DNA of 64,000 bases from Octopus sinensis (lineage: Eukaryota), in contig NC_043010.1 in NCBI RefSeq assembly GCF_006345805.1, forward strand, positions 59,024,001 to 59,088,000, given 5' to 3'. Under the pieces are notes generated by a model. The model was not told where the DNA came from. It worked only from the letters and a program-made list of their open reading frames with translations, and did not search any database. The translations under genes and the position numbers were made by a program. Positions 63,578 to 64,000 of the stretch are shown one piece after another. Each line of letters begins with the position of its first letter. Within the stretch, counting starts at the first letter, position 1.

Positions 63578-64000
63578 ATCAGGGGCATCTCTGGCAGTCA
63601 GGCTGTTTGGGCTTAGCCTAAGTATAAATTTAGTAAAGTGAGCCTGTATTTTCAAGCTGATTTAATTTCTGCCGACACTGACTCCTTTGATTGAGCCTGG
63701 TCACAGTTCATTTATTTTCGGTCAGCCTCTGGTGGTCGTCTAGAGGTGCCCTGTATCAAAAAATATCATTCACAGCAGACGTTCTCTCGACATCATTCAC
63801 ATGTGCCTGACTCAGGCTCAGAAGTTACAGCCCGAGTTGTTATATATAATCGTAAAAATTAAAAGTAATTCAAATTCAATGTTTTCTTGAAACATTAAAT
63901 TTCTATAGAGATTAGGATTTAAATTCCATTTCTGTTCTACAATGTTCTTAAAAGAATGAAAAGTTATCTGGCAACCTGGGCTAAAACGAGCCTGGTAGGT

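Overview
Eukaryotic, AT-rich, repeat-dense animal DNA, most likely an octopus or other coleoid cephalopod (inferred from the protocadherin style, tandem C2H2 genes and repeat families). It contains: the 3' part of a spliced C2H2 zinc-finger gene (<1-5790); a 15-finger C2H2 gene whose CDS lies in one exon (21906-23438); a five-exon micro-exon gene missed by the ORF track, encoding a 71-aa secreted peptide precursor with TATA/Inr, all phase-1 GT-AG introns, a KR site and polyA signals (35252-42688); and two complementary, out-of-order protocadherin fragments (48.0 kb and 62.6-63.3 kb). Mobile DNA includes a young RTE-like LINE with a PHD finger inside its RT, an older copy of the same family, CR1-like and R4/Dong-like LINE fragments, mariner/Tc1 relics and MITEs, Helitron-like elements, tRNA-derived SINEs and Penelope-like hammerhead motifs. 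There are also several long fold-backs and two minisatellites. Most short ORFs in the supplied track are microsatellite or repeat noise. All calls were made by eye, with no database searches.
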